Assembly: GCA_013265495.1 (NCBI GenBank)
Contig: MU059176.1
Location: 1 to 64,000, forward strand
DNA length: 64,000 nt
Reading direction: 5' to 3'
Source of the DNA: Vicugna vicugna
Lineage: Eukaryota
This document shows, in pieces, positions 43,301 through 54,059 of the stretch (position 1 is its first letter; the number at the start of each line of letters is the position of its first letter). A model generated the notes under the pieces. That model ran no database searches. It had not been told where the DNA came from and worked only from the letters and a program-made list of their open reading frames with translations. The position numbers and the translations under genes were made by a program.

Positions 43301-46300
43301 CATGCCTGCTCGGGCCACAAGGATGCGAGTTATGAACAACCCTCCACGTAATCAATGAGAAAACAGGCAGAACTTCTGTCAAAGAAAGCCAGCAGCTATG
43401 CCAAGTCCAGAGTGGGGGCTTGTGGGACTAAGGCCACAGGGGCAAGAGGCTCTCTGCTGTGCAGACTCCCAGGACTGTGTCAGAGGAGGGGTGTTCAGCA
43501 GGGGACTTGGATGGTTCCAACTCACGTCGTCCCGCACAGCCTGGAGCTGCTGGGGCAGCAGGCCCACTTGGTTCTCCACCGAGCTCTGCTTCAGGGTCAG
43601 GGCTGCCAGCTCCTGCCGCAGGCCTGCCAGCTGGCTCTCCAGCCGCCCTAGCTCCTTCATAGCACTCTCCTGGAAGGACTCCTGGGTCATCCTACTCCCA
43701 AAGAGAGAAGAGTAAGCCTTGGATCTCCGGTGAGGGTAAGGCTATGCTGGGGAAACAAGAGGATCCCCTATTGGCACCTGATATAGGTGCTTGCCCACCA
43801 CCCACTGGGGAGGGCAAGGCCTGCTCTTGGAAGTTCTGGCTGTAGAATGCAGCTCTGGTGCCTGTGACTTGGCTTGCCTGTCCCAAGGAGCGAATTCTTA
43901 TCCCATTCCCTTTCTAAGCCCAGACCCACAATTCACTCTGCCTTAGCTCTCACACCCTCCACAAGTACAGACGTCTGGGGCGTGGGAAGACAGCCTGCAC
44001 GAGGCTGTACAGAGAAGACAGTTATGCCCATCAGAGAACCCGTGAATCCCAATCCTGCAGTGCCTGAGCCCCAGCCCCACCTCCACTGCATCTCAAGGAT
44101 GGACTCTGAGCAGGGGGCCTGAGCTAGTTTTCGGCCACCTCCCTCTCTGCTTCAAGCACAGTCAGAACTCTGCTGTGGGGCTCTGCTCCCCAAGTCCTGT
44201 CAGGGGGTGGGGGTGGGAAGGAGCAGGCCTAGGCTAGATGGCAGTGCCTGTTACCTTTGCCACTCGGACTTCAGCTGCTGGAGTCGAGCCTCAGACTCCT
44301 ATAAGCAGGAAGTAGGGACCAATACAGGAAACGTCAGGCTCACAGCAATCAGTCTCCCAGAGCAGGGACTGTTCCCTGTGGGGTCTTTGTTTAACCACAT
44401 CCCCATCCCAGGCCTCCCGACTGTTCCAGCAAACATGACACTGACCTCCTGGGTGAGGTCCTTACAGGAGTCTCACCCTGCATCTGTGGGCACTTAGGCA
44501 CTCACCAGTTCACCCATTCACTCAGCACGTTACACGCAACACAACAGGCCGCTTGAAAGTAGCCCTTCCTGTTCTCAAGCGCACTCCCAGGGCATCCCCG
44601 CAGAGCGTTCCAGCCCAGGTGGATTCAGTTTAAGCAGAAGTCAGGAGGCTACATGCTCTTCTCCTCATTCTGCATCTAATCAGGCCCTTCGGGACCCAGC
44701 TGTCTCTCTCAGCCCAAGAACAGATGATGAACTGATCAGGCCCCACTGTAGGCCCCAAGTGCCCACAAGCCGACCAACCTGGGAGGCCTGGACAATCTTC
44801 TTGAAGAGGTCCTCTGAGTCTTGTTGATGCTCTGCCCTCAGGGTGACCAGTTCTTCCTACCAGGCATAGGAGAGAGGCTGAGGATTTTACGAGTTGTGCT
44901 CAGAGAACTGCTTACAACCAGTAAGTGGTGTAACTAGAATTCGAACCAGGCCTGTTTGACTGCAAACTTCAGCTTGCAGCCTTTCTGCTGCAGTGCTTCT
45001 TGGAAACATGCAAGACTCCTCTTGATCTTTACCACACACCTACACGGTGTGCCACACCCACGTGGGCCTCGTGCCAGGTACCCTGCACCCTCGTGAACTC
45101 ACAACCAGGGGCGGGCAGACAGGAGAGTCTCCATTTTAAAGAGGAAACTAAGGCTTAGAGAAGGTGAGTAACTGTCAAGGGGCAGAGCTGTCTGACCCCG
45201 AATGACACACTGCTGTCTCCCTTGTGTCAGGGTGGGCAGGGCCTCGCCTCCTCCACCCCACATAGCCAGGGTGTCGCCCAGCTCCTCTCTCCCACCTGGA
45301 TCCGAGCAGCGGTGTCCCTGCGGAAGTCCTCCTTCAGGGTGGCCTCTCGGCGGCTCACTAGCCCCTCCAAAAGCGCCAGGGTGTCCTCATGGCTCAGGCC
45401 GCCGCTGCCTCCCTGGCCCCCTGCCCCTTGCCGCAGCTCCAAGCGTTCCAGCCGCAGGGCCTCCTTCTGCCAGCTGGAGGAAAACTCGGCAGCAAGATCT
45501 TCCAGGCGCCGCTCCAGAGAGTGTACCCGGGACAGAATGCGCTGCTCAGCCTGGCAGGGCGGGGAGGGAAGAGCCACAGAGGTGAGGGACTTATGACAAC
45601 AGTGCTGCCTGAAGAGAATCCCAGAAACACCCAAATGAAATTATGAAAGTCTGTCAAATGTCGGTTAAAAGGCAGGAGCCTACTGAATGCAGAGGTTGGG
45701 CTTAAGATATGTTCATTTTTTGACTTCCCCCATTTTACAAGATAAAGTAGTCCTGAAATTGAATTGCAGTTGATATCTTTACTAATGCTCAAAAAAGGAA
45801 AAGTTAAAGATGACGACGTGTCATTGTTTTATAAAATAAAATTATGGTTGGGAAAGTAAAATCCACCAAAATAAATGGTTAAAAACGTGATACCACGTTA
45901 AATTCAGTGGAATGCAAGCAAAGTTCAAACACTTACAAGTAGGGAACACTGAGTTTTACACTTTTTTCTGGACCCCAGGACCTGCACACACACATTCTGG
46001 TTGTGTGCTCATCACCCTCCACCGGACCGCGGGCACGGACTGGGCCTGACCCTGACCCATCTTTAGCCTCTGCAGGTTGCAAAAATGGCCACTCCCTGCG
46101 TCTGTGCCCTCTGCAATGCGGCCTCGCAGAGGTGGAGTTTTTCCTTGCCTGTGAATCTGGCCTGGCTCTGAGGTTTGCTTCAACCAACAGAACGTGGCAG
46201 AAGCGACAGGGTGCTGGTTCTGAATCTGGGCCTCAATGTCTGGCCCAATTCTGCTTTCTTGAAACCCTGCCCCACCGCTGAGAACAAGCCCAGGCTAGCC

Positions 46301-49300
46301 TGCTGGACAGCCAAGGTGCATGGAGAAGATGGCCCACCTAGGCAAGGCCTAGGCCAGCCCGCACCTGCTGACCCACCAGTCAGCCGCAGACACACGAAGG
46401 GGTCCAGCCAAGATCAGCTGTCCTTGTTCAGACCACAAGAGCCACCCAGAGGACCTGCAGGCTCATGAGCTACTCCAATGCTGGTACTTTAAAGGCACTG
46501 ATTTTGGGGGGTGGTGTATCTGGTGGTAACAGGTAACAGACCAGGACATTACCTGACTCATGAAAGGTGCTCAGTAAATCCCTGTGAAATTCTATTGAAG
46601 AGGAACAAAGTAGACAAGATGATTTGTCTGATTTTTTTCCTTCTGTTTTCTGTGTTTAAGATGGCAAATAACTTTTGGACAGTTTTGAGTCATATTTAAG
46701 TGCAGACAAAACATACCCCCGACACCTGCATCCCAAACAGTAGAAAAAGGGGTATCCTGGGAGACGAGGCAGCACCTCTCCAGCTGTGTATAAGGAGTAT
46801 GGGCAGGGACTGCAATGGTACCTACAGTCTGAGCGGCAGCCTGCGACCTAAGATGCTCACCTGGAAATGTGGGGACGAGTCTCTGGACCCCCACACCTCA
46901 TGCTGCTCACTGCTGCCCTTCGCGGCCCACCAGGAAACCAGGGCGGGGTGGAACGTCTGCAGCCCGTAGGGGTAGAAGTGCCACGCTCCTGCAAACGGAG
47001 GAGAGGATGGTTACCCAGGCCCCGGGCCACAAGCAAGGAAGTGCACACAGGCAAGGACCACAGCCTAATCAGCAGTGCATCTGCAAGATGCTCTACATTG
47101 TTCCCACCTCTATCACTGAACTTCCACACTTTTTACATAGTTGTAATTATTGTTCATATGTGTTCAACTTTTGATTTGATAATTTCATGTGAGTTTCACA
47201 ATTTCATGAGTTGCCCCTATGCCCTCCAGGCTCAATTTTACCAATTTACAATTAAAGACCATGCTTTATTTTTTTTTTAAGAGTTGGTTTTATGGGTTTA
47301 GCATCTACTCAAGTTGTATTTCTTTAATTATACTAAGGTAGAACATTTTTCCAAGTGTGGATTTCCTTTCCGTTTCCTGTTACAAGAACAGTGTGTTCAT
47401 ATCCAGTGGAAACTGGGCACTGTCCTTAAACTAATAATGATCCTTTATAATCTTATAGCGTTTTGTTCAGGAAGCATGTTCCCATGTGTTATTTCAGTTT
47501 GTTTCACCATCCCCTTGTGGGATTGGTGGAGCCAAGGTCGTGATGGTGTCACAAGGAGATGCACAGGGAAAATCTGAAAGGCACAGGAGTGGAGTGACCA
47601 GCTCAGGGAGAGCAGTAAGTGTGGGCCCGTCCAGAGGGTCTGACTCAAAGTCTGGTAGTCACATGCTTCCTGTTGCACCTGCTGGAGGCAGACAATGTAG
47701 AGCATCTTGTAGATGACAGGCATCTTAGTGCCAAAAGGGGCTCTTACTTCTTTTTACTACTTCATTGTCTTGCTCTTAAACATAGCTGAAGACTGAACTT
47801 GATGTAACAATTATTCACTCACCAAGACTATGTCCTGATTTGGAATGGAGGAAAATGACTACTAGTCATAACAGTGTCAGAGTCCCTGCTTTTTACCCTA
47901 ATACGCCTGTACTAGGGCATGTTCCAGCCCTGCGGGCTCCAAGGATGCTTTAGACATGTCAGGCAGTCTGGCACAGCAGCCCAAACCAAGGACAAAATCA
48001 GTGGATCGGGGCACTTCCCCTTCCACCCACCGGACATCCTGAGAACGAGGCAGCATTGGCCAATGGAGGACTCAGGAGAGGCAGACAGGATGCTGCCCAG
48101 GCTGGATCCAACCCCCCTTACTCTACCTCCTTCTTTTTTTGTAGGCAATCACTGTCCCTCAAGGTTTCACACTTCTGCTCTGCACCAGCCTCGGCCCACA
48201 CTCTGTCCCGCCCCTCTAGCTCGCCAGCCCATCTCCACAAGCTCTCACCCAACCCCTTCCTGTGACAGCGGGCAAGCTCACCATAGGTCAGGCCAGTCAG
48301 CAGCAGCAGCAACAAGAGGAACCACAGGAACGTCTTCAGGGATGAGAAACGCCTGGACCACAGGAGGGGAGAGAGAGGAGGTGGAGGTGTCAGGAGGGCG
48401 CCAGGGCCTCTCTGTGCCTCCAGGAGGTTCTTTGAGACTTTTTCCTGAGTGCTGAACTAGCCTAGGAGGGGATGCCCTCAAGCTTCTGTCTTGCCAGGGC
48501 CTGATTAGGTGCTTCAAGGCTTTACCTGAAGGGCTTGCTTGGAGTGATGGGGACAACTCTCACTCCGTGAATTTTATTGATGGTATTAAAAATAAAAACT
48601 GAGGCCTTTGAATAACCTAAAACTTTCACGTATAAGAGGTCCTCTAAGCAAGCAAATATTTTAAAAAAACAAAAAAAAACCCATGGAACTCCTTAAACAA
48701 ACAATGTTTTCTTTTAGAAAAATGAGGACCCTTTTTTGGTAACATGAATCCATCCTTGCCCCTCTTCTCAACATAGCTGGCTGCCCACTGCAACCACGAT
48801 TATGGCCAGAGGGACCTTGACTTCCTGGCTGTTTTCTTTCCTCTGCCCAAGGGTCAGTCCCCAAATTCTGGTTCTGCCAGGTCAGGGACCTGGGGAGCAA
48901 ACCCAAAGTATCCTCAGGCAAAACCTGTTCATGGTTTCTGTACACGATGTGCTGAACACCAGGAGTCTAGATCACCATGGCCAACTGGGAAGCTGAACGT
49001 TCTGGGAAACACACTGGCTGCCTAGAGCCTCAGGCCCGGCCAGCAGGAGGAGGGCCAGGCTCGTCTGAGACTCAGAAGTGGCTGGGCTGGCATTTAGCAG
49101 GAAGTGCTCAGGAAGAAATCAGAACCTGTGTTCCAGAATACTCCCTGCAGAGCTGTCAATTCAAGGAGCAAAACCTGACCCTGAGTTCCAGTCTGTCAGG
49201 CAGGGAGGGGCTCGGCACCCACTCCACACTCACTAGTAAAAGGTGCAAGTTAACTGGGAAAAACCTTCAGAGAAACAACCACATTCCAGTTTAGATGCTT

Positions 49301-52153
49301 TCGTCAGCCCCTTCTGTCCTGGGGTCTTCTGATTCGCTGTCAGTCTTGCTCACCTGGTTAAAACGAAGACATCAAGGAGGGAGGCAGCTGTCGTGAGGCG
49401 GTACCAAGTGGTGCCAATCCACCAGTAGAGGAGTCCGAAGAGCCGGCCTGGAAGAGGGCCCGTTGAGCCTAAGTGCCACCCTGAGCCATCGGCCCGCGTG
49501 TCCCCACCTGCAGCCCTCCCTGCCCCTACCCTGGCCCTGACTGCCAGTGCGCCTGTGTCCTGTTCTCCGATACCCAGTTCTTATAATCCCACCCGCCCAC
49601 TCTGCCAACGCCCTCCATCCAGCTTCCAAATGAGGGTGCTCCCACGGCTCCTGGCTCCCAGTGATTACTCTAGAAGGAGCTTCCCCCCACGGTCCTACAG
49701 TCCCTTTGTAATGGGCTGGATGCCTGACTGCAGAGAGATGGGGAGCAAGAGGCTGCCAGGGAGAGTGGAAACACGTGCCCAGAGCAGCCAGCACCCACCT
49801 GGAGAAGTGACCACCATCCAGAAAAAAGAGGCCACCTGAGACACAGCGTTTCGGAGCCGTGAACCTGAACCCCGCTGGTCTGTCTCTGAGTAACCTGCAG
49901 GGAAGGAGAGGGAACCAGCTCAGCTTGTCCTCACTCTTAAGAGCCCTGGGACATGGAGACTGTCACTTGTCTTCCCCTTTAGAATGTGAGCTGAGACCCT
50001 GTGTCACTCTCCTTTGAGCCCCCAAATGATAGAGGCTGGCAGCTAGCAGGTTAGTAAATGCTGGCAGAATAAAGTGCCAGGTTTCTGACATTTTATTTCC
50101 CTTGAAGTCTGTGTCTGCTTCCCTCTCCTCGCCAGCAATCTTCAAACCACTGATCAGAACTGGACTAGGGGATCAAGCACCCCCTACATGTGAAATCCCA
50201 CATTAAAACCCTTTCTGGGAATGAGTGAAACAAGGGAATTGGCCACAGGCTGCTCAGGCCATGTGGGGCCAGGGCAATCTCAGCCCAGTGTATTGAGGGC
50301 CACCCAGGCCTGGGCTCAGGGTACCACGGCGGCATAACAGGGATGCCCAGCCGAACACTGGGCTCTCTCAAGCCGTCAGGGGTGCCTTTCCTGGCTTCCC
50401 ATCACCTCCCCAGCAGCCCGGGAACCTGGTGGAGCATCTCCCTGAGGCTAGGGAGGGAGGGTGTCCCCTACCTACGTAGTCATCCTCGGAAGAGTAGCCC
50501 GAGGAAGACCCGAGGAAGTCCTCAGAGAGCTTGTTCTCCGGGAGCCCGTTGATTTTGCTGCTCTCAGTGCCACCTGTGCCTCGCCTCCTTCTCACCCGCA
50601 GGTCCTCACCTGAGGAGGGAAGAATGTGGGGTTCTCCTGGGGCTGAGATGCTCTGAGGAGGGTGTTCCAGAGGGACTTATGGGCACACCCTGGGGAGCAA
50701 CTCTGATAAGCAGATGGACTCTGCTCTTAACCCCTCCCGAGCTCTCTGGGTCCAAAGGAAGGTGAGCTGGGACTGGTCCCTTTAAGATGATAAAGTGGCT
50801 ATTTTATCATCTTAAAGGGCCTGGGAGTTCAGACACTAGGCTGCTCTTCCAAGGGTTTCCAAAGACAGGGAGCCCCACTTCTGGCCCAGCAGTGGTTTGA
50901 AAATTTCCCCGGGGGGTACTTTTGGACCATAAATTTCCAGAGGAAGCAGAGAAAGCAAAGGCCCTGGAGAAAGGTGGTGGACACTCACTCCAGTAGGGGT
51001 CCCCATGCAGCTGGTCGTCCAGGATGGAGTTCCTAGTGAGGGAGGCGGCGAGGGCGGCGGCCCGGGGGCTGCCTATGTAGGACTCCCTGACCACAGACTC
51101 GCTGTAGTAGGAGGTGTGTGCGTCGGAGGAAGGGCCCAGCTGCGGTGCTGGGGAGAGGCGCTTCATGTTGCTGGACTTCCTCTTCAACGTCCTGTGGGAT
51201 ATCAGCCAGGAAGAGGGGAGGTGGGAGCAGGCAGGTGAGCCTGGCTGGGAATGGGAAAGTGGCTGCTCTGCCCTCCTCTGGTGAGTGGGTCGGCCCTGTT
51301 GCTGGGCAACTAACAACTCCCATCTGCTGACTGTCTAGTCCGCAAAGCAGGTACTTTCTCTGCTCCCACTATCTCTGTATCTCACAAGCAGTTAGGTGAC
51401 ATCATCAGTAAGTGATGGAGCCAGGATTCAAATCCAGGTCTCTAACTTCAAAGCCAAAGTGTTCTCTCATGCTTCCTAATGGATTAGTAATTTCTACAAC
51501 CCAATGAAAACCCAGGCCAATCTGACCTGGCCTCCTAGTGCTAGTCAAAGCCTCAGGGGCTGTCATCCGGGCCTCCCGGCTGCAAGTGGAGCAGGCTGAG
51601 GCGGGGGCCTGCCTTAGCTCGTGTCCCAGCGCCCCTCAGACTTGCTCCTCTCCTCAGCTGCTCCGCTGGCCCTGCCGAGGACCTATAGATAGTGTGACAC
51701 ATGGGTGTGGGGCTGGGAGGATAGCCAGACTGGCACACCCATCCATCCACAGCAGAAGGGGTTCCTGTGAGCCCGGCTCTCTGTTCTGGGGTTTCCGGAC
51801 TGGCTTATTCTTGAAGCTGCCTCTCCCCACTTCCTGTTCTCTGAACACGAGGGCAGCAGCCTGGCTCACAGTACGGGGAGAGGACACAGCCGTGAGCCCT
51901 GGCATCCCCATAGGTGTGCATGTCTGACCTCTGCCCACAAAGGCTGCAAGAGGAAGAGGTTATGCAGTGAACCGCCCAAGCCACGTGCTGTGCAGTCAGA
52001 GTGATCCACGGTTGGGGCGGGGCAGCCCTACCTGAGAGGGCTGTCTTTAAACTCAGTGCTCTGGCTCCCCATCACTGAGCTCCCTCCACTGCTGCTGCTG
52101 CCATCATCGTCACCCTGGGAGTAGCGCGTAAGGCGCTGGCTTCGTCGAGACAT
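40283..52153 (-). CDS. SUN2: SUN domain-containing protein 2 (LINC complex, inner nuclear membrane), 17 coding exons, 730 aa
   Basis: Exons 52153-52032, 51191-50989, 50609-50472, 49894-49799, 49447-49354, 48352-48282, 46988-46861, 45550-45296, 44856-44779, 44298-44255, 43691-43526, 43154-42933, 42685-42601, 42242-42127, 41977-41810, 41435-41343, 40396-40283 sum to 2193 nt, all GT-AG. N-terminus MSRRSQRLTRYSQ, NLS-like RTLKRK, RRRR cluster, TM FLWFLLLLLLLTGLTY, SUN domain ending YRFRVHGEPAH*. Confidence 0.97.
40940..41030. mobile_element. MER5-like hAT-Charlie fragment
   Basis: gggaatctgtgtttctaacaag...gatgcccactcaggttgag. Confidence 0.5.
41343..41435 (-). CDS. SUN2: SUN2 coding exon 16
   Basis: GFDEDLQQEGMLLGQFTYDQDGEPIQTFYFQ|gtatgg, 93 nt. 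Confidence 0.95.
41810..41977 (-). CDS. SUN2: SUN2 coding exon 15
   Basis: PDVHPGNCWAFQGPQG...PKDFAVF|gtgagt, 168 nt. Confidence 0.95.
42127..42242 (-). CDS. SUN2: SUN2 coding exon 14
   Basis: ASVISTRCSETYETKTALLSLFGIPLWYHSQSPRVILQ|gtaggc, 116 nt. Confidence 0.95.
42601..42685 (-). CDS. SUN2: SUN2 coding exon 13
   Basis: QVHHIVNQALKRYSEDRIGMVDYALESG|gtgtgt, 85 nt. Confidence 0.93.
42933..43154 (-). CDS. SUN2: SUN2 coding exon 12
   Basis: VESQFPAWISQF...VIGVTEE|gtgagg, 222 nt. Confidence 0.94.
43526..43691 (-). CDS. SUN2: SUN2 coding exon 11
   Basis: MTQESFQESAMKEL...QAVRDD|gtgagt, 166 nt. Confidence 0.94.
44255..44298 (-). CDS. SUN2: SUN2 coding exon 10
   Basis: ESEARLQQLKSEWQ|gtaaca, 44 nt. 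Confidence 0.92.
44779..44856 (-). CDS. SUN2: SUN2 coding exon 9
   Basis: EELVTLRAEHQQDSEDLFKKIVQASQ|gttggt, 78 nt. Confidence 0.93.
45296..45550 (-). CDS. SUN2: SUN2 coding exon 8
   Basis: AEQRILSRVHSLERR...DTAARIQ|gtggga, 255 nt. Confidence 0.94.
46861..46988 (-). CDS. SUN2: SUN2 coding exon 7
   Basis: AWHFYPYGLQTFHPALVSWWAAK...SPHFQ|gtgagc, 128 nt. Confidence 0.94.
48282..48352 (-). CDS. SUN2: SUN2 coding exon 6 (transmembrane segment)
   Basis: RFSSLKTFLWFLLLLLLLTGLTY|gtgagc, 71 nt. Confidence 0.94.
49354..49447 (-). CDS. SUN2: SUN2 coding exon 5
   Basis: RLFGLLYWWIGTTWYRLTTAASLLDVFVLT|gtgagc, 94 nt. Confidence 0.94.
49799..49894 (-). CDS. SUN2: SUN2 coding exon 4
   Basis: YSETDQRGSGSRLRNAVSQVASFFWMVVTSP|gtgggt, 96 nt. 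Confidence 0.92.
50472..50609 (-). CDS. SUN2: SUN2 coding exon 3
   Basis: EDLRVRRRRGTGG...SSEDDYV|gtaggg, 138 nt. Confidence 0.94.
50989..51191 (-). CDS. SUN2: SUN2 coding exon 2
   Basis: TLKRKSSNMKRLSPAP...LHGDPYW|gtgagt, 203 nt. Confidence 0.93.
52032..52153 (-). CDS. SUN2: SUN2 coding exon 1
   Basis: MSRRSQRLTRYSQGDDDGSSSSGGSSVMGSQSTEFKDSPLR|gtaggg; acceptor at 52180. Confidence 0.95.
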
Positions 52154-52379
52154 GATGAGGTGGGATGAGGACCCTGAACCTGAAGAAGTCTTGGGAGAGA
52201 AAGGAGGCCACATGAGGCTTGGGGCTGTTCTCAGCCCCTCCCCAGGGGAGGAGAGACAAGGCACTGGACCCCAGCAAACAGACCACCTCCTGAGATGTGG
52301 GTGAGATGGGGTGTCTATTAAGCATCCCAGGTACCCGGCTGCTTACATACCCATTTCTGATCCTTATGACCAAGGGAGC

Positions 52380-52520
52380 AAGGGAGGTGTCATTACTCCC
52401 ATCGTGCAAGGGGGGAAACTGAGACACTAAGGTGATCAGTAACCTGCCCACACCCATCCAGCCTGTAAGTGACAGATGCAGGGTTTGAGCTCAGATCTGA
52501 CAGGCAGCAGGGCCTGGGCC
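52380..52520 (-). mobile_element. MIR SINE
   Basis: ggaaactgagac...gtaacctgccca...gtaagtgacagatgcagggtttgagctcagatctgac. Confidence 0.7.
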
Positions 52521-53209
52521 TTTCCACTCTACCCAAAAGTTTTCAAGTTGTTTCCGGAGTGTGTTGTTGTGTCTCCAACTAGAGTCTTTTATAGCCTCCA
52601 ATATGTTCAGAACAGGCTGCAGACAGAGTTGTTACACAACAAATACTTGTTAACAAACTAACAAAACAGTCAAGTGGAGCAGCAGTATGAGTGTGGGATT
52701 ACGGTCAATCTCTTCCAGCCAGATCAGTCACTACGTGGGTGGGAAACCAAGGCTCTGGAATTGATAACGAGGACTCAAAGGAGGCCGAGGCGAAAAGATC
52801 TGGTAAAGCGCGGCATTCTACAACTCGAGGAGGATTCATAAACCTTTCAGCTGTAGAAACCCAAATTCAAAATCTTGAAGACCAGCGTGAGCAGTGTGAA
52901 CACGTTGCCTTCGCTGGCCTGTATCACAAAGTAACTGTTTCACTTCAGCTGGCTCAGGAGTCCCTAGTACTTGCAACTTGTTATCACACCTAATATTCCT
53001 GGTTGATACTTAAATGACTAGTTCTCTGGGTTGTGCCATAGGCTCTAATACATCCCAATTCAGACTACAGAAACCAGAAGATCTGGTTAGTCCAGCTGAG
53101 GAATTCTAGAAAGTCCTCTTCCGCAAAACAAGCTGCCTCATGTCTTGGTCTTATTGGTGTCTTCACAGGTAGGAGGCCCACCTGGCATCCTGCCCTAGTT
53201 TTAGGTGAT

Positions 53210-53241
53210 ATTGATAGTAGCCACAATTGATAGTAGCCACA
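53210..53241. repeat. Perfect 16-bp tandem duplication
   Basis: attgatagtagccaca x2, followed by (gggtct)x3. Confidence 0.9.
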
Positions 53242-54059
53242 GCAGGGTCTGGGTCTGGGTCTTTTTCTAGATTCCACTCCTTATAAGGTAATTCCACCCC
53301 CACTACTGCCCTCCCCACCTGAAAGCTCCAGAGGCCCACACAGGCTCCTCCCCTTAAGCCCTGCCCTGCTGAAGTTGAAGCTTTTGCCCCCGGGGTAGGA
53401 ACAAAGCAGTGTGTTTCTACAGAACTCAAGCTGCCGCTGGCAAAAATATAAATAAATATTCAGATGGAGGTGTGTGTTTGTGTGTGGAAGGGGGAAGGGG
53501 TGCTGAAAACCGCCAGCAGTCTGCCTCCACCCTCCCAGGGGTGCCTTTTAGTCTTTCCCATACAGTTGGCTATCACAAAACTGTTTACCACTTAGTCTGG
53601 GTTTCACAAAATGCAGGTCAAGGCCCATCCTCCAAAACAAAACAAGACGTGAGCCTATAGGAGAGTCAGAATAGACCCCCCCTACACCTCACACACAAAT
53701 ACAATCAGTTAAGAAACCCTCAAATAAAACATCCCTCCCGACGAGTGAGCTGAACCACATCCTTTTCTCAGCTCCATCTTTCCGCGCCCCCGTCACCAAC
53801 TTATACAGCAGTATCCATCCAGTCTTCAGACTTAATCTAGATCCTGGGCGTCCTCCGCAGGACGTTTTCGCACTTTATTCCCTCGTGGGACCTGTAAAAA
53901 TCTCCAGGTGCTAACTCCATTCTCCCTTCATTTCCTACTGGCTGAACCTGCGGAGGTTATTTACCAACCACGCGCCTGCCCTGCCTCTCGCTCTAAGTCA
54001 CACCCCCGCCCCCTATTTGTTTTGTTTGGCTGCTGCTGCTTTTTTTCAGAACTGAACAA

